DNA of 41,758 nucleotides from Ilumatobacteraceae bacterium (GCA_043786575.1 JAYVVY010000140.1:1-41758), one strand, 5' to 3'; counted from the stretch's first letter, positions 1 through 9,541 are shown. Translations and numbers: made by a program. The notes: generated from the sequence alone by a model not told the origin.

Positions 1-942
1 GTTGATCCAGCCGGTGCCGGTGGGGGTGGCGACGACGAGGATCTTCCGGTCGAACGCGCCAGTTCGTTCCAGTTCGGCCACCGCGAGGGCGACTCGTTCG
101 TCGACGGAGCCGGCCGAGTCCAGTCCGACGTATGCGCGGATTGGTTGCTTGGGCTCGACCGTGTTGTCGAACTCGCGAATGTCGTTCACCGTAGGTGTCT
201 CTCCAACAAACGTGCGTCCCTGGAAGCCCAGCTCGTCGAACTTGATCAGCGAGCCCGGCCCGCCGGAGATGAACTCGGAGGTCGGCTCGACAATGCCATC
301 TGCCGTGCCGGTGTCGAGCGCCCCGAAGTTGGTGTCGGCCCACTGCGCGAACTGATTGGTGGCGAAGCCACTGCCAAAGAACAGCACGATGATGATGCCC
401 GCAATGACAATCGTGCGCGACCACTTTTCAGGCCACCGCTTGGCGGCCGCGCGATCGATGCGCAGCACCAGATGTTTCACGGCGCGAGCGATGGTCATCA
501 GGATGATGGTGAGAATCGCGGTGGTGATCAGCATCGGGATGATCGACCAGAACGAGACCGACGGGAGGAAGATCAGCGCGCGATGTTCGCGCTGCCAGCT
601 GAGCCAACGCCACGAGCCGATGACGCCGGCCAGCGCCCCTCCAGCAAGCACTATCTGGCCAGCCCGAGCTCGTATCGCGGTGGGGATGACCACCTTTCGC
701 GCCCGAAGCACACGACGGACCAGGCGGTGCAGCAGCCCGCCAATTCCCACGCCGAACCAGATGCACAGCGCTCCAACCGCACCCTGCAGCAGCCATGAGC
801 GCGGCAGCATCGAGGGCCGCAACGACTCCCACCACATCAGCAGCGCAGCCACCACCGAGCCGATCCGTGGCCACGTGGCCAGTCGCCGTCGAAGGGTCGG
901 GAACTCGGGGGCAGTGTGCTCGATGGTCTCCACGTCGCGCAC
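1..942 (-). CDS. membrane-anchored alpha/beta-hydrolase family protein (Abhydrolase_9-type); 3-prime end runs off the window
   Basis: Absent from the ORF track because it has no stop inside the window. My hand translation of the minus strand (phase ending at nt 1) is open from GTG 942-940. It reads VRDVETIEHTAPEFPTLRRRLATWPRIGSVVAALLMWWESLRPSMLPRSWLLQG ... SRTIVIAGIIIVLFFGSGFA ... RKILVVATPTGTGWIN. The layout is a multi-TM N-terminus followed by a hydrolase-like domain. The plus-strand ORFs 2..355, 145..798 and 356..1078 are shadow ORFs of this gene. Confidence 0.7.
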   Translation of the reverse strand, partial: MRDVETIEHTAPEFPTLRRRLATWPRIGSVVAALLMWWESLRPSMLPRSWLLQGAVGALCIWFGVGIGGLLHRLVRRVLRARKVVIPTAIRARAGQIVLAGGALAGVIGSWRWLSWQREHRALIFLPSVSFWSIIPMLITTAILTIILMTIARAVKHLVLRIDRAAAKRWPEKWSRTIVIAGIIIVLFFGSGFATNQFAQWADTNFGALDTGTADGIVEPTSEFISGGPGSLIKFDELGFQGRTFVGETPTVNDIREFDNTVEPKQPIRAYVGLDSAGSVDERVALAVAELERTGAFDRKILVVATPTGTGWIN

Positions 943-1081
943 GGTACTCCAACCTCACCGCGTGCACCGTCGAACGCCCTTCGTGCCAGCCCCGATACAC
1001 CCGAATCGGGTGTGGTGTCTTGCGCGGAGCGCTGGATATGGTCGAATAGCCCGTAGTCGACGAATAGAAATCAGGTAGGTC

Positions 1082-2545
1082 ATGGAAATCAACGTTCGAT
1101 CAGGCGATGCACTGCAGGATCCCTCTGAGTTGACGGTCCTGTTCGGGTTCGATGGAGAGGCGCTGCCCGAGGTCGTTGCTGGCCTGCTCGAGGCCGCCGA
1201 TTTCACGGGCAAGCCCAACCAGACGACGCTCGTGTATGCGCGTGGCGCCGTCGTCGCCAAGCGTCTGCTGCTCGTTGGTCTTGGCGCTCGTGCCGAGGCC
1301 AATGCGGAGAGCGTCCGCCAGGCAACTGCCACGGCCGTTCGCCAGATCCGTTCGCTGCAGGTTGCCGACGCCATCATCGCCTTTCCCGCCGACCTTTCGA
1401 TTGGCGCCGCCGATGCGGGCCAGGCCGCTGCCGAGGGCTTGCTCCTGGGTAACTACCGCTTCCTTCGCTACCGCACCGGCATGCCCGCTACCGAGACCTT
1501 CGAAGTTGCCAGCGTCACTCTCGTCGTCGCTGGCGATGCCGCCGCGCTGACAGCGGGCGTCGAGACCGGCACCATCATCGGCAACGGTGTGGTGTTCGCC
1601 CGCGATCTGGTCAACATTCCCGGGGGCGATAAGACCCCGCCGATGTTGGCCGACCAGGCCGTCGCTCTTGGCGAGCGCGAATCCAAGATCACTGTCACCA
1701 TCTTCGACGAGGTTCGCCTAGAAGCGGAAGGCTTCGGCGGCATCCTCGCCGTTGGCAAGGGGTCGGACAGCCCGCCGCGCTTTATCATCATGGAGTACGG
1801 CGCTCAGCTCAGTGACGTGCCCACCATTTGCATCGTGGGCAAGGGGCTCACCTTCGACTCGGGCGGTCTCAACATCAAGACTGCCGAGGGCATGGAGACG
1901 ATGAAGAACGACATGGGCGGCTCGGCCGCTGTGTTCGGCATCATGCAGGCCGTTGCTGGCCTTGGTCTGCCGCTGCACGTTGTTGGCCTAGTGCCTTCGG
2001 CGGAGAACATGCCAAGCGGCCGTTCGTACCGCCCCGGGGACTGCATCAAGACGCTCAGCGGCAAGACTATTGAGATCCTCAACACCGACGCCGAGGGTCG
2101 CGTCATCCTCTCCGATGGCCTGTTCTATGCGCAGCGCTACGAGCCCGATGCCATCATCGAGCTCTCCACACTCACCGGCGCGGTCATCGTTGCTCTCGGC
2201 AGTTTCGCCACCGGCGTGATGACCACCGACCAGCCCCTGGCCGATGGTCTTTTGGCCGCTGGCCAGACCACTGGCGACCGTGGCTGGCAGCTGCCGCTGT
2301 GGCAGGAGTACCACGACATGGTGAAGAGCGACATCGCCGACCTCAAGAACCTGGCCGGTCGAGCAGCCGGCAGCATCACCGCCGGCGCTTTCCTGGCAGC
2401 CTTCGTGGGCGACAAGAAGTATGCGCACCTCGACATTGCCGGCACCGGCTGGGTGGATGCACCCAGCAAGCCATACCTGTCAAAGGGTGGCACCGGTTCC
2501 GGCGTGCGCATGGTCACCGAATACCTCCGCAACTACGGCAACTGA
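1082..2545 (+). CDS. pepA: leucyl aminopeptidase (M17 family)
   Basis: 487 aa with M17 signatures VGKGLTFDSGGLNIK and NTDAEGRVILSDGLFYA. Confidence 0.95.
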   Translation: MEINVRSGDALQDPSELTVLFGFDGEALPEVVAGLLEAADFTGKPNQTTLVYARGAVVAKRLLLVGLGARAEANAESVRQATATAVRQIRSLQVADAIIAFPADLSIGAADAGQAAAEGLLLGNYRFLRYRTGMPATETFEVASVTLVVAGDAAALTAGVETGTIIGNGVVFARDLVNIPGGDKTPPMLADQAVALGERESKITVTIFDEVRLEAEGFGGILAVGKGSDSPPRFIIMEYGAQLSDVPTICIVGKGLTFDSGGLNIKTAEGMETMKNDMGGSAAVFGIMQAVAGLGLPLHVVGLVPSAENMPSGRSYRPGDCIKTLSGKTIEILNTDAEGRVILSDGLFYAQRYEPDAIIELSTLTGAVIVALGSFATGVMTTDQPLADGLLAAGQTTGDRGWQLPLWQEYHDMVKSDIADLKNLAGRAAGSITAGAFLAAFVGDKKYAHLDIAGTGWVDAPSKPYLSKGGTGSGVRMVTEYLRNYGN

Positions 2546-2560
2546 GCAAGGGGCACCCAG

Positions 2561-4225
2561 ATGACCGCAACCGCAATTGTCGCGCCGAAGCGCAAGCGCA
2601 GCGAGCGCATGCTCGATGGCATCGAGAAAGCGGGGAACAAGGTTCCCCACCCGGTCATCATGTTCCTCTACCTCATCGCGTTTGTCGCGTTGCTGTCGGC
2701 ACTCCTTGCCGCGTTCGACGTGAGCGTGACCGAAGACGTTGCCATCCCCGTGAACAAAGCGGAGCTGGCGCGAGTTCAAGACGCGCTGGGCGGCTCGGTC
2801 GTTCCTTACGACACGGTGACCGGTGAGATTCTCGACGTCCCCGATGTCATCATCGAGTCGCAAACGTTCGACGTGAAGAGCCTGTTGTCGGTCGATGGCT
2901 TGCGGTTCATTTTCTCGTCGTTCGTCAACAACTTTGCTGGGTTCGCGGTGGTCGCCGTCACTTTCATTGCCATGGCTGGTGTGGGCGTGGCGGAGAAGGC
3001 GGGCATGATGGCCGCTCTCATTCGCAAGCTGGTCAAAGTTGCGCCGCCGAAGCTCATTGCGTTCTTCATCGTCATGGTCGGCGTGCTCTCCAGCGTTGCC
3101 TCCGACGCTGGCTACCTGATCCTGATTCCGCTGGCGGCGGCCGCGTTTGTCACCCTTGGTAGACATCCGTTAGCGGGACTGGCCGCGGCGTTCGCCGGCG
3201 TCGCATGCGTGTTTGCTGTCAACATCTTGATCACGCCGGTGGACAGCATGCTCACCGAGATCACCAACGAGGCCATCGGTGTCAATGGCAAGCCGTTGGA
3301 GATCACGGCCAACCTCTACTTCGGGATCGCGTCGTCCATTCTGATGGCAATCGTGGCGGTGCTGGTCACACAGCGCATCGTCGAGCCACGCCTGGGCAAG
3401 TGGGACCCAACACTCGGCGACCCGTCGTTTCAAGCTGCCGAAGAAGGCGACGACGAAGCCGCCCTGGCCGAGGCACGGGGTCTCAAGTTCGCCCTGTACG
3501 GCCTGCTCGTGATGGGTGCAATTCTCCTGGCGATGACGGTTCCGTCCGGTGCTCCGCTTCGCGATCCGGCTACGGGCGACCTGATTGGCAACACGCCCTT
3601 CATGGCCAGCCTGATATTCATCATCTCGCTCACCTTCTTGGTGTGCGGTATCGCCTACGGCAAGGGCGCCAAGACCATCAGCGGTAGCGGCGATGTGATC
3701 AATGCAGTCACGGCCACGTTCGCGGGGCTCTCCGGATTGATCTTCATGCTGCTGATGATCAGCCAGTTCATCGCCTTTTTCAACTACACCAACCTGCCCC
3801 GCGTCGCCGCCGTGGAGATGGCGCAGCTGCTCGAGCGGGCTGGCCTGGGTGCATTGCCGCTGCTCATCGGCCTCATCTTGGTGATTGTGCTGCTCGACAT
3901 CATCATCCCGGGCGTGGTGCCCAAATGGGCCATCTTCGCTCCGGTGTTTATCCCCATCTTCTCTCGCCTTGGTGTTGCTCCGCAGACCGTGCTGGCCGCC
4001 TACCGCGTGGGCGACTCGCCGATGAATGCGGTGACACCGCTAATGGTGTACCTGCCGTTCATCGTCACGGTGGCGCAGCGTTACGACAAGAAGGCCGGCC
4101 TGGGCACCATCATCTCGCTGATGGTGCCGTATGTCTTCGCAATCCTCGGCGTTTGGCTGCTGCTCTTCACCGGTTGGTGGCTGCTGGACATTCCGCTCGG
4201 CCCCGGCTCGCCGATCAGCCTCTGA
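2561..4225 (+). CDS. AbgT family transporter (aminobenzoyl-glutamate / antimetabolite transporter family)
   Basis: 554-aa polytopic membrane protein. The N-terminus MLDGIEKAGNKVPHPVIMFLYLI and the overall layout are typical of AbgT. It starts 15 nt after the pepA stop, so it is probably co-transcribed. Confidence 0.88.
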   Translation: MTATAIVAPKRKRSERMLDGIEKAGNKVPHPVIMFLYLIAFVALLSALLAAFDVSVTEDVAIPVNKAELARVQDALGGSVVPYDTVTGEILDVPDVIIESQTFDVKSLLSVDGLRFIFSSFVNNFAGFAVVAVTFIAMAGVGVAEKAGMMAALIRKLVKVAPPKLIAFFIVMVGVLSSVASDAGYLILIPLAAAAFVTLGRHPLAGLAAAFAGVACVFAVNILITPVDSMLTEITNEAIGVNGKPLEITANLYFGIASSILMAIVAVLVTQRIVEPRLGKWDPTLGDPSFQAAEEGDDEAALAEARGLKFALYGLLVMGAILLAMTVPSGAPLRDPATGDLIGNTPFMASLIFIISLTFLVCGIAYGKGAKTISGSGDVINAVTATFAGLSGLIFMLLMISQFIAFFNYTNLPRVAAVEMAQLLERAGLGALPLLIGLILVIVLLDIIIPGVVPKWAIFAPVFIPIFSRLGVAPQTVLAAYRVGDSPMNAVTPLMVYLPFIVTVAQRYDKKAGLGTIISLMVPYVFAILGVWLLLFTGWWLLDIPLGPGSPISL

Positions 4226-4248
4226 CCCCTCGCACGGGTCTGATCTCC

Positions 4249-4920
4249 GTGCGCGGCCGGTTGGGTTCTCGTGTCGCGCTCGTCGCCTCACTGGGCGTGT
4301 TGGCGGGCTATCGCGAGCTTCGTCGAGTCGCCATTCCCGACCATCTTCACTTCGCCGCGAACACGGCGATGATCGGCGTCGTCTCCGCAGTAGCGGTGGC
4401 ATCTGCGCTCACCACCGAAGAGTTGGGCTTGACGCGTGCGGCGTTACCGAGGGGGTTGCGCTACGGAGCAGTTACCACCGTGGCGATTGGGGTGGCGGTT
4501 GCCGCTGCGGTGGTGGTGGGAGTCGACCCCACCGGAACCATCAACGACCGCGCGGCGGTGAGCGGGCACGAGATGCTCTTCAAAGTGTTCGTCGAGATTC
4601 CGATCGCCACGGTGCTGCTGGAGGAGCTGGCGTTCCGTGGGGTCATTGGTGGCCTTCTCACCCGCATCACCACACCGGCCCGAGCTCTACTGTGGGCATC
4701 GTTGGCGTTCGGGTTGTGGCACGTCTCCGTCAGCCAGTTCATGTCGCTGGATAGTGCCGGAGGCGCGCTTGCCACCGTCGCCGCGACAACGCTGGCGGGT
4801 GCCGGCTTTACCTTGTTACGGCGTCGCAGCGGCAGTCTGACGGCCCCGATGCTGGCGCACTGGGGCACGAATGGTCTGGCCTTTCTGGTCGCATGGCTGG
4901 CGGTGCGCGGTACCAGCTAG
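4249..4920 (+). CDS. CPBP family intramembrane glutamic endopeptidase (CAAX protease / Abi-like)
   Basis: CPBP motifs EELAFRG, FGLWH and HWGTN in a multi-TM protein. I set the start at the in-frame GTG 4249, just after the abgT stop. The ORF-track start at 3925 would overlap abgT by 300 nt. Confidence 0.8.
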   Translation: MRGRLGSRVALVASLGVLAGYRELRRVAIPDHLHFAANTAMIGVVSAVAVASALTTEELGLTRAALPRGLRYGAVTTVAIGVAVAAAVVVGVDPTGTINDRAAVSGHEMLFKVFVEIPIATVLLEELAFRGVIGGLLTRITTPARALLWASLAFGLWHVSVSQFMSLDSAGGALATVAATTLAGAGFTLLRRRSGSLTAPMLAHWGTNGLAFLVAWLAVRGTS

Positions 4921-4940
4921 TTACGGGGTTGAACGAAGGT

Positions 4941-5582
4941 TTAGGCCTTCGACTCGTCCCAGGCTTCGCGCATGGTGCCGCTGGCACGGTTGGCCGCGGA
5001 CAACTGTGCAATGAGACCGGCGACCACGAGGCCGCCCCAGATTGCATACCACCACCAGTCGTCGTGCAGGCGGTCTGTCACCGAGCCGGACGACGTGATG
5101 GATTCGCTCTGCAGCTTGTTGGTGAGCAACATGATGCCGCCCACCACGGTGCTGGCACCGGAGGTGGCGGTAAGGACGGTCAGCAAGACCATTGGCAGGT
5201 TGCCGGCCAACGCCACCACGGCCAGCAGCATGCCGACGGACACGCCGACGATCAAGATCAGCCACGACCACGAGACGCCGATGGCCACCATCGCGCTCAC
5301 ACCGAGCGAGAACCCGATGGCTGCCATGGCCAGCACGACCGAGACCTCGAAGTAGAGGTAGGCGAGCAGACCGAAGAGCAAGCCGACGACAGCACCGACG
5401 GCCCACGACAGGCCGGTGCGCAGGAAGCCGTCGCCGTTGGCCGACGACACGATCGCGGCGCCCAGCACGAAGCCGCCAAACATGCCCCAGATGGGGATGA
5501 TGATGCGCATGGTGAGGTAGCCGCGGAAGCAAAACAGCAGGCCGACGGCCACAGCCAATAGACCAAGTACGACGTCTTCCAC
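4941..5582 (-). CDS. hypothetical polytopic membrane protein (DUF4203/TMEM198-like)
   Basis: 213 aa, about 7 hydrophobic helices, G/A/V/L-rich and not R/P-rich as shadow ORFs are. The family assignment is from memory only. Confidence 0.65.
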   Translation of the reverse strand: MEDVVLGLLAVAVGLLFCFRGYLTMRIIIPIWGMFGGFVLGAAIVSSANGDGFLRTGLSWAVGAVVGLLFGLLAYLYFEVSVVLAMAAIGFSLGVSAMVAIGVSWSWLILIVGVSVGMLLAVVALAGNLPMVLLTVLTATSGASTVVGGIMLLTNKLQSESITSSGSVTDRLHDDWWWYAIWGGLVVAGLIAQLSAANRASGTMREAWDESKA

Positions 5583-5650
5583 GGTTCTCCCTCAATAGCG
5601 CTAGTTCAGAGAGTATGTCACCCACGAGTGCTCAGGCTGGTGACGTGAAT

Positions 5651-6541
5651 TCAGCGTTGCGGCGTGAGTTCGAAGTTGAGCCACAGGTCGAAGGGCAACT
5701 CTGTCAGGCGTCGGTGGATGCTCTCGCGCACCTCGTGCTCTTGCGCAATCGTGGCATCGGGACGCACAACAGCGTCGACCTCGACGTACAACTTTGGGCC
5801 AACCTTCGTCATCCGCACCACCGGATTCGCGATCTCAAACTCGGCGCAGACTGCACGGACGATTTCCAGCACCGGCTGTTGAATCTCGTCCGATGGCGCA
5901 CCCTCCAGCAGTTCGCGGACGGTGCCGCGCACCATCTTGATCGGGGCGGGTAAGAAGGCGACGCAGGTGATGATGACCATCACGGGGTCCACGTAGGGCG
6001 CCGCGCGCGACCAGGACGAGTCGATGAGGATCCACAGCACGATGAAACCCACCAGCATTCCAACCCCGCGCAGCGACGCAACGCGCCACCCCGTCGACTC
6101 TGCGCGCAACAGATCTGAGTCGGCCGCCTGTCGCCGTATCCAACGCCAAAACATGATGTTCGCTACGGCGATCACCACCGCGTACACAAGGGCGGGCCCA
6201 GGAGCAACCTGGCTGCCACCGTCGCGAATGGTGAACACGCCCTCCGCCAGCGCGTAGACAAGCGTGGCCAGCAGGATGAAGCCCTGCACGCCGATGACAA
6301 GCGGGGTGACTGCCTCGAGCCCATAGGGAAAGCGGCTGGTGGGCCCCTCCTGCGCCAGCGCCGATGCCTGCAGCAAGAGCCACGAGACGACGATGCCAAT
6401 GATGGCGTACACCCCGTCGAGCAGAATCATCTGCGAGCCGCTGACAATGCCCCAGACAACGCCGATGGAGCCGAGTACCGCTGTCACGGCAATGGAGCGG
6501 TGCAGTGCTTGGCGCTCGATGGCCGGGTCAGCAGCGGCCAT
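5651..6541 (-). CDS. cation diffusion facilitator (CDF) family transporter
   Basis: 296 aa with six predicted TM helices and a C-terminal cytoplasmic domain (VRMTKVGPKLYVEVDAVVRPD), as in CDF proteins. Its ATG directly abuts the stop of the upstream gene (6542). Confidence 0.75.
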   Translation of the reverse strand: MAAADPAIERQALHRSIAVTAVLGSIGVVWGIVSGSQMILLDGVYAIIGIVVSWLLLQASALAQEGPTSRFPYGLEAVTPLVIGVQGFILLATLVYALAEGVFTIRDGGSQVAPGPALVYAVVIAVANIMFWRWIRRQAADSDLLRAESTGWRVASLRGVGMLVGFIVLWILIDSSWSRAAPYVDPVMVIITCVAFLPAPIKMVRGTVRELLEGAPSDEIQQPVLEIVRAVCAEFEIANPVVRMTKVGPKLYVEVDAVVRPDATIAQEHEVRESIHRRLTELPFDLWLNFELTPQR

Positions 6542-6940
6542 CTAGTTGTTCGAGCGCGCGCTCTGCACGCCCTTCTTGACAAGGACGATTGGAATGAGGA
6601 CGGCAGCGAGCAGCGCAGCCAGCCACACAATCAGCGTGGCAAATAGCCACGTCTTGGCACCGCCGCTGATCTGCAGACCGTCGGACAGCCAGTGGGTGAT
6701 GAGCAAGCCGATGAAGGTGGTGATCAGTGCCGAAGCGCCCAGCAGCGCCTGCGCCTGCTTCATCGCCATCTTCATCACGAAGGGGTTGATGATGGCCGTT
6801 GTCAGGGTGAAGATCGCCACCGCAATGATGAACGCGGCGCCGGAAATTTCGAAGTCGTCGCCAAGGATCAGCGCCGCAGCGATGAGGCCGACTGCGCTGG
6901 CAGCGAGGGCGATGGCGGTGGCGATGAGGAACCTGATCAT
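6542..6940 (-). CDS. small 4-TM membrane protein, phage holin superfamily IV-like (Phage_holin_4_2-type)
   Basis: Start chosen at ATG 6940 (MIRFLIATAIALAASAVGLIAAALILGDDFEISG...). The longer ORF-track version (to 7129) adds an R/P/Q-rich non-protein-like extension. There is zero intergenic distance to the CDF gene. Confidence 0.55.
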   Translation of the reverse strand: MIRFLIATAIALAASAVGLIAAALILGDDFEISGAAFIIAVAIFTLTTAIINPFVMKMAMKQAQALLGASALITTFIGLLITHWLSDGLQISGGAKTWLFATLIVWLAALLAAVLIPIVLVKKGVQSARSNN

Positions 6941-7066
6941 GTGCTGGTCTCCTGGTTGACCTGGTAGCGGCGGGTGCTGCGCAATTGTAGGCATGGACTG
7001 ATACTCCGGCGAGCGACCGAACGGCTGCGCGCAGTGACGATCTCCAATCGTCTGGAGAGCGGCGGT

Positions 7067-9514
7067 GTGACACAATCGTCGCTGATGGGCGACAAGGTAG
7101 GACTCGACGCGCAGCAGGCGGCGGCCCACGAGTCTGTGTTCGAACCTCGTCGATCGCGACGACTGTTTGCAACCCCGGCGAGCGAGCCTCGCGCACGACG
7201 TCTTACTGACCTTCTTCTCTTGATCGCATCGTTGGTCGGGCTCTTACTCGCCAGTGCAGCGGAGTTCCCAGCGCCCGGGTTTATCGTTGCGCTGACTACC
7301 TTCTTGCGCAGCGCGCCGGATTTCCTCGACAGTGCGTGGCAAATCAGCGCTGACGTGCTGGCGCTGTTTGCTCTGGTGCTGCTGGTCGCAACGTTCGTCC
7401 GGCGACGGTTGGACGTCGCTCGCGACCTGTTGCTAGCGCTCGCGATTGCCACGGTTGTGTGGTTGCTGGTCAGCCGCTGGGCGCAGGGTGATTGGCCTGC
7501 GATCACCCGGTCGCTGCGGTCCGCCCAGCCGGAGCGGTGGTACCCGTCGCCGCGGTTGGCGTTGCCCGCGGCAGTCATCGTCACCATTGCGCCGCATCTC
7601 ACGCGGCCCATCCGTCGCGTCGGGCGCTGGCTACTCACGCTTGCGTGTCTCGGGATCGTGGTGCTCGGCGCGAGCTCACTGCTGGGCGCCGTGGCCGGTC
7701 TACTGGTGGGGGCATCAGCTGGCTTCATCGTGCACCTGATCTTCGGTTCTTCTGCGGGCCGGCCGAGCCTCGACGCCGTCGAGCGGGCGCTCACGAAGGT
7801 TGGTGTGCACGCTCGTTCGTTGGCCCCTGCGCACCGCCAGCGGGCTGGCGTGTTTGAGGTGATGGGCGAGGACACCGATGGTCGACAGCTCGTCGTCAAG
7901 GTCTATGGTCGCGACGCTCACGACTCCGCGCTCGCCGCCACTCTGTGGCGCACGCTCTGGTACCGCGACCCGGGTTCGCCGCTGCGCATTGGCCGCCTGC
8001 AGCAGGTGGAGCATGAAGCGTTTGTGACGTTGCTCGCTGCGCAATTCGGCGTGCTCACCGAGAAGGTTGTCACTGCCGGTGCAACCGTTGACGACGATGC
8101 CATTTTGGTACTGCGCGGTCGCGGCACCCCGCTATCGGCGCCTGGCGCGACGTCGGGGCTGCCGACTGATCAGATCGTTGATCAACTCTGGACCATGCTT
8201 GCTGTACTGCATCGTGGTGGCATCGCTCATGGCCAGATCGACAGCGAGTCGATCATCGTCGATGGCGGGCAACTTGGCTTGGCCGACTTCGGTGGTGCCA
8301 GCGTCGGCGCCACCGATGGCCGCATCGGAGCCGATCGCGCGCAGGCGTTCATCGCGACCGTGCTGCTCGCCGGTAGCGAGCCAGCGATGGCCGCGGCACA
8401 TCAAGCGCTCGGCGCCGAGGGCCTGGCCGCAATGCTGCCCTATCTGCAACGGGCAACCCTGACCCGTTCGCAGCGGCGTGAGGTGAAGGAAGCCGAACTC
8501 GAGATCGACGACCTTCGTTCGCTGGCCGCCGAGGCCGCGGGCGTCGAGGCGCCCGAGCTGCAGCAGCTGCGCCGAATCACGGCGGGCACCGTGTTGAAGG
8601 TTGTGCTGCCGGCCCTGGCCGTTATCGCGCTCACCTCCGCGATTTCCGGCATGGATCTCGAGGGCGTATGGGACCAGGTGCGAGATGCCGCCTGGTGGCT
8701 GCTGCTGCTTGGATTCGTCATCGCACAGCTGGTGCGTATCTCGCAATCCGTGTCCACCCTGGGTGCGTCGCCCAAGCCGCTGTCATTTGGCCCTGTCTAC
8801 GGGCTGCAGTTGTCGGTGGCGTATGTGACCATCGCCGTGCCGTCGTATGCAGCGCGAGTTGCAATGAGCGTGAGGTTCTTCCAGCGGCAAGGCGTGCCGC
8901 CGGGCGCTGCTCTCGCCGCTGGCGCACTGGATACGATGACCACCTTCTTCATTGAAGTCGTTGGCATCACGGCACTGTTGATGTTCACACCGGCATCGTT
9001 GGACTTGGACTTCAGTGGTTCTGGCGCCGCGGCAACCCGCCTGCTGATCATCGCTGGCGTCCTGCTCGGCGTGATCGTGTTGGCTGTCATTCTGTTCGCC
9101 ACACTCCGACGCTTCGTGATCGACTGGGCCAAGCGGCTGGGCACGGAGTCGATGGCCGTGATTCGCGGCCTCAGATCCCCGCGGCGCCTGGCGCTGCTGA
9201 TCGGCGGCAACATCGCCTCCGAGATTCTGTTCACGCTGGCGCTGGGCACCTTCGCGTTCGCGATGGGTACCACCGTCTCGTTCGCCGACCTGTTGCTCAT
9301 CCATCTCACTGTTTCGTTGCTGGCCGGTCTGGTCCCGGTGCCCGGCGGCATTGGTGTGTCCGAGGCAATTCTCACGATGGGGCTGATCCGCGCTGGTATG
9401 CCCGACGACGCCGCCTTTGCTGCCGTCATTGCGTACCGCGCATCCACCTTCTACCTACCGCCCATCTGGGGCTTCTTCTCGCTGCGCTGGCTGGAGCGCA
9501 ACCGTTACCTTTAG
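7067..9514 (+). CDS. multidomain membrane protein: N-terminal TM bundle, kinase-like (probable pseudokinase) domain, C-terminal lysyl-PG-synthase-TM / flippase-like domain
   Basis: Maximal ORF is 6974..9514. I prefer GTG 7067 (GGAGAG about 10 nt upstream); ATG 7085 is also possible. Kinase-like motifs are VVKVYGRD (VAIK-like Lys), IAHGQIDSESIIV (HGD-like with Asp replaced by Gln) and LADFGG (DFG). The C-terminal ~330 aa is polytopic and ends ...YRASTFYLPPIWGFFSLRWL, typical of UPF0104/LPG_synthase_TM proteins. Confidence 0.8.
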   Translation: MTQSSLMGDKVGLDAQQAAAHESVFEPRRSRRLFATPASEPRARRLTDLLLLIASLVGLLLASAAEFPAPGFIVALTTFLRSAPDFLDSAWQISADVLALFALVLLVATFVRRRLDVARDLLLALAIATVVWLLVSRWAQGDWPAITRSLRSAQPERWYPSPRLALPAAVIVTIAPHLTRPIRRVGRWLLTLACLGIVVLGASSLLGAVAGLLVGASAGFIVHLIFGSSAGRPSLDAVERALTKVGVHARSLAPAHRQRAGVFEVMGEDTDGRQLVVKVYGRDAHDSALAATLWRTLWYRDPGSPLRIGRLQQVEHEAFVTLLAAQFGVLTEKVVTAGATVDDDAILVLRGRGTPLSAPGATSGLPTDQIVDQLWTMLAVLHRGGIAHGQIDSESIIVDGGQLGLADFGGASVGATDGRIGADRAQAFIATVLLAGSEPAMAAAHQALGAEGLAAMLPYLQRATLTRSQRREVKEAELEIDDLRSLAAEAAGVEAPELQQLRRITAGTVLKVVLPALAVIALTSAISGMDLEGVWDQVRDAAWWLLLLGFVIAQLVRISQSVSTLGASPKPLSFGPVYGLQLSVAYVTIAVPSYAARVAMSVRFFQRQGVPPGAALAAGALDTMTTFFIEVVGITALLMFTPASLDLDFSGSGAAATRLLIIAGVLLGVIVLAVILFATLRRFVIDWAKRLGTESMAVIRGLRSPRRLALLIGGNIASEILFTLALGTFAFAMGTTVSFADLLLIHLTVSLLAGLVPVPGGIGVSEAILTMGLIRAGMPDDAAFAAVIAYRASTFYLPPIWGFFSLRWLERNRYL

Positions 9515-9541
9515 GGCTCAGAATCTGGAAGGCTCTGGCCC

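Noticed and set aside
2-1078. Plus-strand ORFs 2..355, 145..798, 356..1078 and minus-strand ORF 428..1000
   Set aside because: A different minus-strand phase, with no stop inside the window, encodes a convincing multi-TM/hydrolase protein across 1-942. The listed ORFs are its shadows.
3925-4248. Long N-terminal extension of the CPBP protease ORF. Similar extensions occur at 31441..31701 (kinase), 13173..13289 (ATPase 1), 38681..38947 (vapB), 25091..25243 and 18363..18416.
   Set aside because: These extensions overlap well-supported neighbouring genes and have non-protein-like composition. In-frame internal starts immediately after the neighbouring gene give sensible N-termini.
6542-6940. Prophage lysis cassette, suggested by the holin-superfamily-IV-like gene
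   Set aside because: There are no endolysin, terminase, capsid or integrase genes nearby. The gene abuts a CDF transporter and looks like a resident small membrane protein of that family.
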